Assembly: GCA_964622255.1 (NCBI GenBank)
Contig: CAZUPK010000098.1
Span: forward strand, 24,569 to 88,568
Length of the DNA stretch: 64,000 bases
Direction of reading: 5' to 3'
DNA from: an uncultured Campylobacterales bacterium
GTDB lineage: Bacteria > Campylobacterota > Campylobacteria > Campylobacterales > QNZT01
A program made the position numbers and the translations under genes. Positions 1-9,236 of the stretch are shown piece after piece. Below the pieces are notes generated by a model that was given only the letters and a program-made list of their open reading frames with translations, was not told the DNA's origin and did not search any database. The number at the start of each line of letters is the position of its first letter. The stretch's first letter is position 1.

Positions 1-628
1 AAACAGCCAAATCTGAAAAGCAAACTTTCAAGTTTACATTTGGTAGTTTAGTTTGTGATACTTGGTTATAGATTTTTATGGCATTGAAAAAACCTACTCT
101 ATCTTTACTTAAGTTATTTGTAGCAAGTTCAACATTTAAAAGTTTATCAAAAGCCGCAACTTCAACTCTTAAAACACCCTCACAATTTCTCTCTAAGTTA
201 GTTAAAGCCTTGGCAGACATTGATGCTTGATTTGGTGAAAAGATATGGGTTGCACAAAGATTCATAACTTTAGTGCTAAGCTTAGATAAAGCCTCTATAC
301 CCTCTTTAGTTGCAGGTATAGCTACCATAAAATTATCTTTTTCTACTTTTTGAAATATCTCTTTTGCAGAAGTTACGATTTTTTTAGTATCTTTTGCTAG
401 GCTCATATCTATACTACAACAGATAAATCCGTCTTCTCCATCATCATACTTGTTCATCAAAACTTCACAAGCATTTTGTATATCTTTTATAAACTCATCT
501 TCACTCATAGAAGTTTTGTATAAAGAACTATTTATCATAACACCTGTCAATCTATTCTCTTGAACTAACGAAGCCAACCTATTTTTTAAAAGCTCTTGAT
601 TATCACAATCCAACCAAATACTTGCCAT
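1..628 (-). CDS. transaldolase-family protein, N-terminal portion only (C-terminus lies beyond window start); Ala at the catalytic Lys position
   Basis: Absent from the ORF track because there is no stop inside the window. Minus-strand ATG at 628-626 is preceded by AGAGGA and the frame is open to position 1. Translation MASIWLDCDN..GVMINSSLYK..DGFICCSIDM..NFMVAIPATKEGIEALSKL..CATHIFSPNQA..VAAFDKLLN is colinear with short transaldolases. Confidence 0.55.
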   Translation of the reverse strand, partial: MASIWLDCDNQELLKNRLASLVQENRLTGVMINSSLYKTSMSEDEFIKDIQNACEVLMNKYDDGEDGFICCSIDMSLAKDTKKIVTSAKEIFQKVEKDNFMVAIPATKEGIEALSKLSTKVMNLCATHIFSPNQASMSAKALTNLERNCEGVLRVEVAAFDKLLNVELATNNLSKDRVGFFNAIKIYNQVSQTKLPNVNLKVCFSDLAV

Positions 629-674
629 TTTTTCCTCTTTAATTTCTCAAGAGAAAAGCTCTCTTGAGGTTATA

Positions 675-2003
675 TTAGTTTAGTGCTACTTGTATGATTT
701 GACCTGCAACTATACCAAAATATATAGTCCCGGCTAATAATATAGTTTGTCCTATTAAAGCTCCGGTAGAAATAGTAGCTGTTTTCTCCTCTGTTGGAGC
801 ATCAAAGTAGATAAATTTTACAAGCCAAGCATAGTAAGCAACTGCCAAAGCTGAGTTTAAAAGTCCTACTAAAACTAAAGGCCAAAGTCCGGCATCAACA
901 CCTGCATAAAATGCCACCGCTTTTGATAAAAATCCTGCCAAAAGTGGAATACCTGCAAGTGAGAAAAGTTGAGCTGTAAAGAAAAATGCATAAACTCCCG
1001 ATCTCTCTCTGAGTCCTTTCAAATCCTCTATATACTTGATACCAAGATCTTTTCTAAGTCCATTTAATATCATAAAAACTGCTGTTTGCATAAATATATA
1101 TGCTATAGCATAGTATAAAACTCCACTATATGCATATTTACTAGCAATAGCCGCAAAAGGTATCAAAGCATAACCACTATGAGCAATAGAAGAGTATGCC
1201 AAAACTTTTGAAACTCTCTTTTGCCATAGTGCCATAAAGTTTGCCAAAGTCATAGTTACTACTGCAAAAAAACTAAAGATAACAACCGATACTGATGGGA
1301 AAGATTTAAAAAATGGACTAAATGCATTGAAAACTGCAACTAAAATCACACTCTTTACCAAGCCACTAAGTATTGCTGCAACTGCATGGTTTATTTGTGA
1401 GTAAGCATCCGATGCCCAACCATGCATAGGAACAATGGTAAGCTTATAAAAGATACCGGCTAACATAATAGCAGCTGCAACTAAGGCATATTTGCTATTT
1501 GAATCCATAGTTGCATAATCAAATGTAGGAGTAACTACTGTAAAGATAGCAAATCCTAAAAGTATAACACCACCGGCAACTGCACCTGCTATGAAAGTTT
1601 TTATAGCACCCTCTGCATTGTAGTAGTTTCTTATATTTGCTGCTAAAACATATGAAACAATAGCCATTGCTTCAAATAAAACTATAAAAACAAACATATT
1701 ATTTGTTTCTAAGATACCTAAACTTAAACCTCCAATAAATAGCATCTGTGAGAGCATAGGTCTTTCAAATCCGGTTAGAGATACTGAAACTGCAAAAAGT
1801 GCAATGAGTGTAACATACTCCATCAATCTTATAGAATCATCTGAACTAAAGTAGTTGAAATACTCGGACAAACTGTGACCGCCCACAATCATAAAAATAG
1901 ATAAAACAAATGCTACTGCAGTTATTATCTTACCAACAATTATATTTTTTTTATAGGATATAGGAACAATCAATCCTGCAATTATTAATATAGCAAAACT
2001 CAT
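675..2003 (-). CDS. nuoN: complex I-like antiporter-type subunit N
   Basis: 442 aa polytopic membrane protein of the NuoL/M/N (Mrp antiporter-like) family. Last gene of the nuo-like operon; its start overlaps the nuoM stop. Confidence 0.85.
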   Translation of the reverse strand: MSFAILIIAGLIVPISYKKNIIVGKIITAVAFVLSIFMIVGGHSLSEYFNYFSSDDSIRLMEYVTLIALFAVSVSLTGFERPMLSQMLFIGGLSLGILETNNMFVFIVLFEAMAIVSYVLAANIRNYYNAEGAIKTFIAGAVAGGVILLGFAIFTVVTPTFDYATMDSNSKYALVAAAIMLAGIFYKLTIVPMHGWASDAYSQINHAVAAILSGLVKSVILVAVFNAFSPFFKSFPSVSVVIFSFFAVVTMTLANFMALWQKRVSKVLAYSSIAHSGYALIPFAAIASKYAYSGVLYYAIAYIFMQTAVFMILNGLRKDLGIKYIEDLKGLRERSGVYAFFFTAQLFSLAGIPLLAGFLSKAVAFYAGVDAGLWPLVLVGLLNSALAVAYYAWLVKFIYFDAPTEEKTATISTGALIGQTILLAGTIYFGIVAGQIIQVALN

Positions 2004-3430
2004 TACATACCTCCAAGAAAGCTAAAAGCTTGATTAGCCAAGTCAAATATAGGTTGAGGCTTAATACCAAACAACACTATCAGTATCGCAAAAACAGTCA
2101 AGCCAACCCTTTTAGGAGTACCCATAACAAACTCCGTTTTTTCAACGAGTGGAGATATTTCACCGTGTATAGAGCGACGAACTGCCCAGATGATATAACC
2201 AGCAGTTACAAGTCCAGAAAGTGCTATAAATGCTATCCACCAACCAAAAGATTTAACAGCAGATACTATGATAGTAAGCTCTCCAACAAATCCCATAGTT
2301 CCAGGAAGTCCAAGTCCTGCCATACCAGCTAGAATAAATATTGCACTAATATATGGAGCTTTTTTCATAATACCACCCATCTCATCAAGATACCAAGTAT
2401 GAGTTTTATGGTGGAACCAACCGGCTATTAAGAACAGAGGTGATATAACAAGTGCATGTCCTACCATCTCATATAAAGCTGCACTTAAACCATCATAAGT
2501 CATAGTGCTTATAGCAACTACAACAAGTCCCATATGAGAAATAGACGAGTAAGCAACCATCTTTTTGATATGTCTTTCATAGATAGCAAGCATACCTGCA
2601 AAAAGAGTTGTTATCAAGCCTAAGGCCAACATATATTGTGCAAACTCTTTTGTAGTTTCTGGCATAAGTTCAACGGTAAATCTTATCAAACCATATGCAC
2701 CCATCTTAAGTAAAACACCGGCTAATAAAACCGATATTGAGCTTGGTGCTTCAACATGGGCATCTGGAAGCCAAGTATGAAATGGAAATGATGGAAGTTT
2801 TGCTGCAAACCCTATAAACATTAACCACCAAATAAGAGACGGAGTTGCTATAACAGCCTCTTTTATCATAGTTATATCCCAAACTCCTGTTTGTTTATAT
2901 AGTAAAAAAAATCCGACCAACATAAACATACTAGCTACATGAGTATATAGAAAAAATTTTACAGCTGCATATATTCTTTTTTCACCTCCCCAAACACCAA
3001 CTAAAAATAACATAGGTAAAAGTGTAAGTTCCCAAAATACAAAGAACCAAAGAACATTCGTAGTCATAAAAACTCCGAAGATTGGTCCACTAAACATAAC
3101 CAACAAACTAAAAAATGCACTCTGACTCTTTTCTTCCCAAGATGTTAAAGAGACTAATATAAGAAGTCCAGCTGTAAGTATCAACATAACAACACTAAGT
3201 GCATCAACTTGCAATCTCAAATCAAACCCAAACTGCGGTACAGCCAAGTATGTTCCCAAGTCCAACATCCCAATTTGAGGGAGTTGTAATAGCAAAATAA
3301 AAGCATACAAAAGCTGAAATCCAAACCATCCCATCGCTATATATTTGGCAATGCTTTGATTGTTCTTTGTCAACAAATAGATCACCACAGAGAAAAATGT
3401 AGGTAAAAATATTATCATTAATGCCATCAT
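2003..3430 (-). CDS. nuoM: complex I-like antiporter-type subunit M
   Basis: 475 aa. Motifs WLPDAHVEAP and VAYSSISHMG are typical of NuoM/ND4. One-nt overlaps with both neighbours. Confidence 0.85.
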   Translation of the reverse strand: MMALMIIFLPTFFSVVIYLLTKNNQSIAKYIAMGWFGFQLLYAFILLLQLPQIGMLDLGTYLAVPQFGFDLRLQVDALSVVMLILTAGLLILVSLTSWEEKSQSAFFSLLVMFSGPIFGVFMTTNVLWFFVFWELTLLPMLFLVGVWGGEKRIYAAVKFFLYTHVASMFMLVGFFLLYKQTGVWDITMIKEAVIATPSLIWWLMFIGFAAKLPSFPFHTWLPDAHVEAPSSISVLLAGVLLKMGAYGLIRFTVELMPETTKEFAQYMLALGLITTLFAGMLAIYERHIKKMVAYSSISHMGLVVVAISTMTYDGLSAALYEMVGHALVISPLFLIAGWFHHKTHTWYLDEMGGIMKKAPYISAIFILAGMAGLGLPGTMGFVGELTIIVSAVKSFGWWIAFIALSGLVTAGYIIWAVRRSIHGEISPLVEKTEFVMGTPKRVGLTVFAILIVLFGIKPQPIFDLANQAFSFLGGM

Positions 3431-5286
3431 TATAGCCCCTTCATTAACACTAAGATCATTACAACCATAATTGCAACTCCAATCACATACTGCCCCATAT
3501 AACTTCCTATTTGTCCAGTATGTCCCACTTTAAATGATTTATATACACCTTTAGTAGCAGGAACAGTTGCATTTACTAACCAATCAATAATATTTGTATC
3601 TACCCATCTTGCTGACTTTGCGATAGACTCAACTACTATATTTTTAGAAATCCAAGTTATCATTTTCTCAACATAATATCCGTTAAATAAAACTTGATGT
3701 ATTATCTTCATAAATGGATGTTGAGACATCTTTTCTAAAAGTCCTAAAGCTTTAACATAAGTTACAACAACTATGCTAAAGATAACTGCCATAGCTGCTA
3801 AAACCATAACTGTTAAACCCTTGATATGAGGCTCTATTTCCTTTTTATCTCCTAAGATAAAGTGAACTATATCTGTTTGCCATAAAGATATAACCAAAGT
3901 TATAAATGCCAAAACACCAAGAGGAGCTCTCATCCAAAAATTTGAGGGTGCATGCATATTTCCGTCTAACTCTTGATTTCTTGTCTCACCAACAAAGATG
4001 AGTAACCATAATCTTGTGATATAGGCTATAGATAAAAGTGCTGCCATAGTAGCAAAAACCTTCACAAATGGTGAACCTTGAGCTATAACAGAAGCTACAA
4101 CCATCTCTTTTGAGAAAAATCCACTAAATGGAGGAACACCAGCTAAACTTAAAGAGCCTACAGCCATAAAAAGTGCAACAAATGGAGCAGTTTTTATAAG
4201 ACCACCAAGTTTCCAAGCATCTTTAACATGGTGAGCTATATATATAACAGCACCGGCACTTAAAAATAGTAAAGCTTTAAAAATAGCATGGTTTACAAGA
4301 TGAAGCATACCAGCTGCAAGTGAACCAACTCCAAGGCCAACAAATGCTATAGAAAGATGTGACATAGTTGAATAAGCCAAAATCTTTTTGATCTCTTTTT
4401 GAACCAAAGCACTACTTGCACCGATAAATGCACTAAGTGCTGCTACATTTGCAACAACTAAAAGTGCTCCTGAAAACTCAAAAAAGTCAAACATTCTCGC
4501 AACTATATATATACCACTGTTAACCATAGTAGCACCGTGGATTAGAGCAGAAACTGTTGTAGGACCTTCCATTGCATTCATAAGCCAAGGATATAGAGGA
4601 AACTGACCAGACTTTCCAATAGCTCCCATAAAGATAAACATAGCTATAACAAAACCAGCAGTTTTATCTATCTCACCCTTTGATGCCAACTCATTTAACT
4701 CGATAAGATTTACAGTTCCTGTAAAATAGATCAAGAGTGCAATAGCCGCCAAGATAAAGATGTCTCCAAATCTTGTATATAAAAAGGCTTGCATACCGGC
4801 ACTTGCAGCAGATGGTTTGTAATACCAAAAGCTAATAAGTGCATAACTTGCAAGTCCCATAATCTCCCAACCAACAAAAGCACCTATTAAATCTTTTGTG
4901 CTAACAAGAAGAATCATACCACCGATAAAAAAAAGAACTTTTGCATAGTATCTTCCCTGATCCGGTTCATCACCCATATAGTCATGGGCAAAATGAATAT
5001 CAACCCAACCAAGTCCGGTTGCTATCAAAAGCATAGTTATCGAGAGATGATCTATATATATTCCAAATGGGAGTTTTAGATCACCATAAGCTATCCAAGT
5101 ATATGAGATATCTATAGGCTTTCCATTATGAGTAAAAAAGATAATCAAACTTCCCAAAAAGAAAAGTCCGCCTATAATCTCTGCAATCCAAAAAGGTATT
5201 TTCGAATCTACTCTACCACTAAGATAAGCTATAACAGCACCTACAAATGGAAGAACTAAAAGTATCAACAATGCACTATCTACCAT
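3430..5286 (-). CDS. nuoL: complex I-like subunit L (start trimmed to MVDSALL)
   Basis: NuoL/ND5 family with a long C-terminal extension. The ORF-track start at 5325 lies deep inside nuoK. The ATG at 5286 gives an 11-nt overlap and a typical N-terminus. Confidence 0.85.
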   Translation of the reverse strand: MVDSALLILLVLPFVGAVIAYLSGRVDSKIPFWIAEIIGGLFFLGSLIIFFTHNGKPIDISYTWIAYGDLKLPFGIYIDHLSITMLLIATGLGWVDIHFAHDYMGDEPDQGRYYAKVLFFIGGMILLVSTKDLIGAFVGWEIMGLASYALISFWYYKPSAASAGMQAFLYTRFGDIFILAAIALLIYFTGTVNLIELNELASKGEIDKTAGFVIAMFIFMGAIGKSGQFPLYPWLMNAMEGPTTVSALIHGATMVNSGIYIVARMFDFFEFSGALLVVANVAALSAFIGASSALVQKEIKKILAYSTMSHLSIAFVGLGVGSLAAGMLHLVNHAIFKALLFLSAGAVIYIAHHVKDAWKLGGLIKTAPFVALFMAVGSLSLAGVPPFSGFFSKEMVVASVIAQGSPFVKVFATMAALLSIAYITRLWLLIFVGETRNQELDGNMHAPSNFWMRAPLGVLAFITLVISLWQTDIVHFILGDKKEIEPHIKGLTVMVLAAMAVIFSIVVVTYVKALGLLEKMSQHPFMKIIHQVLFNGYYVEKMITWISKNIVVESIAKSARWVDTNIIDWLVNATVPATKGVYKSFKVGHTGQIGSYMGQYVIGVAIMVVMILVLMKGL

Positions 5287-5587
5287 CGTCCACCGCCCTA
5301 TCAAGATTGTCAGGAATAACTTCACCAGTCATTCTTGATGCTAATAAGAAGATTAAAACACCAGTTGCTGCCTCAAGTGTTGCTATAACTATGATGATAT
5401 AAGCTAAAGCTAAACCGTGAGTCAAACCTAAGTTATAAGTTGCACTTGCTAAAAATAGTATCACAGCATTTAGTAACATCTCCAAAGAAAAGAAGATTTT
5501 TAAAAAATCACTCTTACTAGTTACTCCATATAAACCTATTCCAAAAAGCACAATAGCAAATATGGAATCCACATAAAAACCACTCAT
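5276..5587 (-). CDS. nuoK: complex I-like subunit K
   Basis: 103 aa, three TM helices, LEMLLNAV motif typical of NuoK/ND4L. Confidence 0.85.
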   Translation of the reverse strand: MSGFYVDSIFAIVLFGIGLYGVTSKSDFLKIFFSLEMLLNAVILFLASATYNLGLTHGLALAYIIIVIATLEAATGVLIFLLASRMTGEVIPDNLDRAVDDGR

Positions 5588-6060
5588 AGTTCCTCCTTCT
5601 TCTCTTTTTTTAGAGTGTGTAGCATCCTAACACTCCCATAGAGAATACTTGTTGCAACAACTCCTAAAAATACTGCTATTTCTGAAAAAGAGTCTGTAAA
5701 TACTTTTATCTGCTCATTTAAGGGTATTATTTTAGGATTGGTTGGTTTTATAGGAAATACAAATGGAATAATCAAAAGTCCCACAACTATAACTAAAACA
5801 GTTGCGACCGCCCAATTTCTTGTCTCTTTCTTTGGAAAATCTGCTCCTATAACAGATACACCAAACAGTGTAAGAACAACTATACCACCGGTATATACAA
5901 ATATTTGAAATAATCCCAAAAGTTTTTCATCCATCATTATGTAGTAGATCCCAAGTAAAAACATCAACAACACAAATGCAAGTATTGAAGGAACTGTTTT
6001 CTCTTGAACCAAACTCATAACAGCAAGGACAATAACCAATGCCAATATCAATATACTCAC
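5584..6060 (-). CDS. nuoJ: complex I-like subunit J
   Basis: 158 aa membrane protein. Position and FVYTGGIVVL motif are typical of NuoJ/ND6. Confidence 0.8.
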   Translation of the reverse strand: MSILILALVIVLAVMSLVQEKTVPSILAFVLLMFLLGIYYIMMDEKLLGLFQIFVYTGGIVVLTLFGVSVIGADFPKKETRNWAVATVLVIVVGLLIIPFVFPIKPTNPKIIPLNEQIKVFTDSFSEIAVFLGVVATSILYGSVRMLHTLKKEKKEEL

Positions 6061-6590
6061 TGTTCATCTCCTTCCTCTTTTGTTTTAGTTTTAGCCTTTG
6101 CTTTAGCCTTTTCTTCAGCTTTCTTTTTTGCTAACATCTCAGCTTTTTTTCTCTTTTTTTCTTCTTCTTCTTTTTGCTTATCTTCTATCCAACCATCAGG
6201 GATATTTGCTCTAACCCAATACTCCGATATACTCTTATCATCACCTTCAACGACCATATCAAACTCTCCACCACTTAAGTAGATAGCCTTTTGAGGTTTT
6301 GTAGGACAAACATCTTCACAAAGTCCACAAAAGATGCAGATTCCAAGATTTACCTCAGGAAGTGCTTTTGGTTTTTTTATAGGAAGAGGAGACATAACAA
6401 TAGCATCAACCGGACATATCTTTTCACAAGCACCACAACCGGTGCAAATATCATATCTTACAACATGTTTACCTCTAAACATCGAAGATTGATGCACTTT
6501 TTCTTTTGAAACATCAGTAGTAGCTATGCGAGGTTCAGTTATAGACTTTACAACTTCACTCATCTTTTCTAGTATATCAAACAATATCAT
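6057..6590 (-). CDS. nuoI: complex I-like subunit I (2x[4Fe-4S] ferredoxin-type) with a Lys/Glu/Ala-rich C-terminal tail
   Basis: Two CxxCxxCxxxCP motifs (CTGCGACEKICP, CIFCGLCEDVCP). The tail is KQKEEEEKKRKKAEMLAKKKAEEKAKAKAKTKTKEEGDEQ. Confidence 0.85.
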   Translation of the reverse strand: MILFDILEKMSEVVKSITEPRIATTDVSKEKVHQSSMFRGKHVVRYDICTGCGACEKICPVDAIVMSPLPIKKPKALPEVNLGICIFCGLCEDVCPTKPQKAIYLSGGEFDMVVEGDDKSISEYWVRANIPDGWIEDKQKEEEEKKRKKAEMLAKKKAEEKAKAKAKTKTKEEGDEQ

Positions 6591-6591
6591 A

Positions 6592-7590
6592 TTACATTCC
6601 TAAAAGATATATTTTGGCAAAAGATATCCAAACAAGATTTAGTATAGCAGCCGGTGTTAACCAACTCCAACTAAACTTAAGCATCTGATCCAACCTCAAA
6701 CGAGGTGTTGCTGCTCTTACTACAAGCACTATAAATAGTAAAACGGTAATCTTTATAAATAGCCACCAAAAACTATCCATAAAAATCCCCTGATAACCAC
6801 CAAAGAAGAGAACCGCCGCAGTTGCTGAGACTACTAAAAATTCCATATTTTCAGCAAGTTTTAAAAGGACATAATTTGTTCCCGAATACTCGGTATAAAA
6901 ACCATACACTATCTCTTGTTCAGCTTCTGGTATATTAAAGGGTGGTTGTTGCAAAATTCCCAACATAGAGATTACAAATAAAACTGCTCCGGGTAAAAGT
7001 ATCAAAGTAGAAGTAAAGCTACTTTGTGTTTGAATATTATAAAGATTCATAGTCCCAAAAAAAAGTGCAGGAGATAGAGCCGACAAGAAAAATGCCGCTT
7101 CCATAGATAGCATTTGAACTAAAACTCTCATACCACCTAAAAAGGAGTATTTATTATCAGAACCAAAACCAGTTAAAAATAGCAAAAATGGTTCAACTCC
7201 TATCAAAACAACTATACCCAAGAGTCCATATTGAGTATCTAAAATACCATGTCCATTGTTTATCAAAGGAGTCCATGGTATTAAGATAACAGGAAGCGAA
7301 GCAATAACAGGAGTTAATATCGGTATGATATTAAACAGATATGTATCTGCTGTTCTTGGAGTTATAGACTCTTTTCCAAGAAGTTTAAATATATCAAACA
7401 CTGTTTGATAAGCTCCCCCAGGTCCATTGTAGTGAGGACCAACTCTTCTATGAATATAGGCTAAAGCTTTCCTAAAAAAGTAAAAAGCAAAAAAGGTCCA
7501 TGCAAGAAGAAATAAAATTCCCGGAAAAACAAAAACATAAAATAGTATTTCACCAAAACCCATCATTCCCTCCTTATCTATCCAAGTCAC
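6592..7590 (-). CDS. nuoH: complex I-like subunit H
   Basis: 332 aa polytopic protein with RRVGPHYNGPGG, EAEQEIV.GF.TEYSG and PRLRLDQ motifs typical of NuoH/ND1. Confidence 0.9.
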   Translation of the reverse strand: MTWIDKEGMMGFGEILFYVFVFPGILFLLAWTFFAFYFFRKALAYIHRRVGPHYNGPGGAYQTVFDIFKLLGKESITPRTADTYLFNIIPILTPVIASLPVILIPWTPLINNGHGILDTQYGLLGIVVLIGVEPFLLFLTGFGSDNKYSFLGGMRVLVQMLSMEAAFFLSALSPALFFGTMNLYNIQTQSSFTSTLILLPGAVLFVISMLGILQQPPFNIPEAEQEIVYGFYTEYSGTNYVLLKLAENMEFLVVSATAAVLFFGGYQGIFMDSFWWLFIKITVLLFIVLVVRAATPRLRLDQMLKFSWSWLTPAAILNLVWISFAKIYLLGM

Positions 7591-9223
7591 CTTGACAAAT
7601 ATTCATACTTCCGTAAAGTAGTGATATATCTGACAAAGTTTTTCCACGAAGCATTGGATCAAGAACAAGTGTGTGATTTAAACTCGGTGCCTTTATCTTT
7701 AACCTATATGGACTTGTAGCTTTATCCTGAGTAACTAAGTGCATAAGCATTTCACCTCTTGCCCACTCAACTCTACTTACAGCCTCACCTGCTGGCATCT
7801 TTCTTGGCATTTTGACCATATGATCTTTTTTAGGATCCATCTTACCAACTTCGACACCCTCTTCTATTTTTTTCATAGCTTGTTCCATCAAATCTGCAGA
7901 TTGTTTTAATTCTTTAAATAGCATAAGAAGTCTATCTCTTGCATCCCCATTTTTTTCAAGCTCAAAATCCATCTTAAGATCACCATAACCTGCATAAGGC
8001 TCGTTTAATCTTACATCAACCTTCTCTCCAATTGCTCTAGCTATTGGTCCGCATAGATAGTATTTTTCCATATCATCTGAAGTAAATATACCTGCACCTA
8101 CTGCTCTTGTAGCCATAAGGGGATTTTCTACAAAAATACTCTCCAACTCCTCTTTATGTTTTTCAAACTTTTTTATAGCTTTTCTAACAGATGCAAAAAA
8201 AGCTTTATAATCCTCAAGTGGATATCTAACCCCACCCGGTTCTATACAAGCAGTTGCTATTCTAGCTCCACTATAGTTATCAAGAACATCAAGATAGCTC
8301 TCTCTTATATCAAGAAGCCACATCATAAAGGTCATAAGTCCCATATTTCCAAAAAAACTTCCCATAGAAACAAGATGCGATGCACTTCTTCCAACCTCTC
8401 CTAAAATAACCCTCATATATTTTGCAAAAGGCGTTATTTCTTTTCCTGCTATCTCTTCAACAGCTTGAGCATAGCAAATCATAGGGTTTGTATTGTCCAT
8501 AAAACAAACCCTTTCAACTGCAACGATGGCACCTATGAAATCTTTTCTTGTTACAAGATCTTCCAAAGCTCTCCAAACATACCCTATATCAAGTTCAACC
8601 TTTTTTATTATCTCACCATCTGCTGTAACTTTAAGTCTTATAGGTCCGCTTGCAGGATGGGTAGGTCCCCAGTTTAAAATAGTTTGACTACTACTTTTAT
8701 CTGCACTTTTTTCTACTTCTTCATACTCATCATAATACTCTTGAGTTATTTCACCAATATTTTCTATAAGTTTTTTCTCGTGTTCTAAATAGTCAAAATC
8801 TTTTCTAAAAGGATAGAGTCCATAATAATCTGTACTTATCAAAAAATATCTAAGATCCGGATGACCTTTAAATTTTACTCCAAAAGTTGAGTAACTTTCT
8901 AACTCGTGCCAATCGGCACTTGGCATAAGTGGAGTTATAGAGTCTATCTCACACTTATCAAGTTCCCTTGGAATATCTACTTTTAGCCAAACATGGCGAT
9001 GTTTTTTCATATCTTCTAAAAAGTAGTTTATCTCCATCTTATTATCTTCCAAAAAGTCGGTAGGAGATACGGTAGAGCAACTTTTTACCCCCTCTTTTAC
9101 CAAATCCTCTATAACTTTAAGCAAGTCGCCTGGATTTTTTAGCTTTGCTTTTACATATATTTTTTTGTATTCTTTTATGTATTGTGTTTCAAACTTTGAA
9201 AGTATATTTTTTATATTTTCCAT
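7574..9223 (-). CDS. nuoCD: fused NuoC-NuoD module (divergent NuoD part)
   Basis: 549 aa. The N-terminal third is NuoC-like (SADWHELESYSTFGV.F.GHPDLR). The C-terminal part is NuoD-like (LNWGPTHP..IRL, DIGY, C-terminal GSMNICQGDLDR). Overlaps the nuoH start by 17 nt. Confidence 0.8.
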   Translation of the reverse strand: MENIKNILSKFETQYIKEYKKIYVKAKLKNPGDLLKVIEDLVKEGVKSCSTVSPTDFLEDNKMEINYFLEDMKKHRHVWLKVDIPRELDKCEIDSITPLMPSADWHELESYSTFGVKFKGHPDLRYFLISTDYYGLYPFRKDFDYLEHEKKLIENIGEITQEYYDEYEEVEKSADKSSSQTILNWGPTHPASGPIRLKVTADGEIIKKVELDIGYVWRALEDLVTRKDFIGAIVAVERVCFMDNTNPMICYAQAVEEIAGKEITPFAKYMRVILGEVGRSASHLVSMGSFFGNMGLMTFMMWLLDIRESYLDVLDNYSGARIATACIEPGGVRYPLEDYKAFFASVRKAIKKFEKHKEELESIFVENPLMATRAVGAGIFTSDDMEKYYLCGPIARAIGEKVDVRLNEPYAGYGDLKMDFELEKNGDARDRLLMLFKELKQSADLMEQAMKKIEEGVEVGKMDPKKDHMVKMPRKMPAGEAVSRVEWARGEMLMHLVTQDKATSPYRLKIKAPSLNHTLVLDPMLRGKTLSDISLLYGSMNICQGDLDR

Positions 9224-9236
9224 ACCCTTACCGCCT

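Noticed and set aside
646-668. A 9-bp hairpin (CTCAAGAGA/TCTCTTGAG) between nuoN and the transaldolase-like gene.
   Set aside because: It is real as a structure but has no U run on either strand. It is most likely an intercistronic stabiliser or processing site, and nothing more can be said from sequence.
2030-2332. Plus-strand ORFs in the track that lie antisense to long, well-supported minus-strand genes. The mirror cases lie antisense to plus-strand genes. Examples: 2030-2332, 6004-6282, 6291-6509, 8156-8404, 8465-8687, 10196-10510, 16733-17037, 22593-22922, 23476-23916, 30538-31020, 43893-44207, 46161-46574, 48956-49306, 51616-52098, 52652-52984.
   Set aside because: Their translations are low-complexity (S/F/L/I/K-rich), lack RBS and motifs, and are fully contained in genes with strong family signatures. 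They are typical shadow ORFs of AT-rich genomes.
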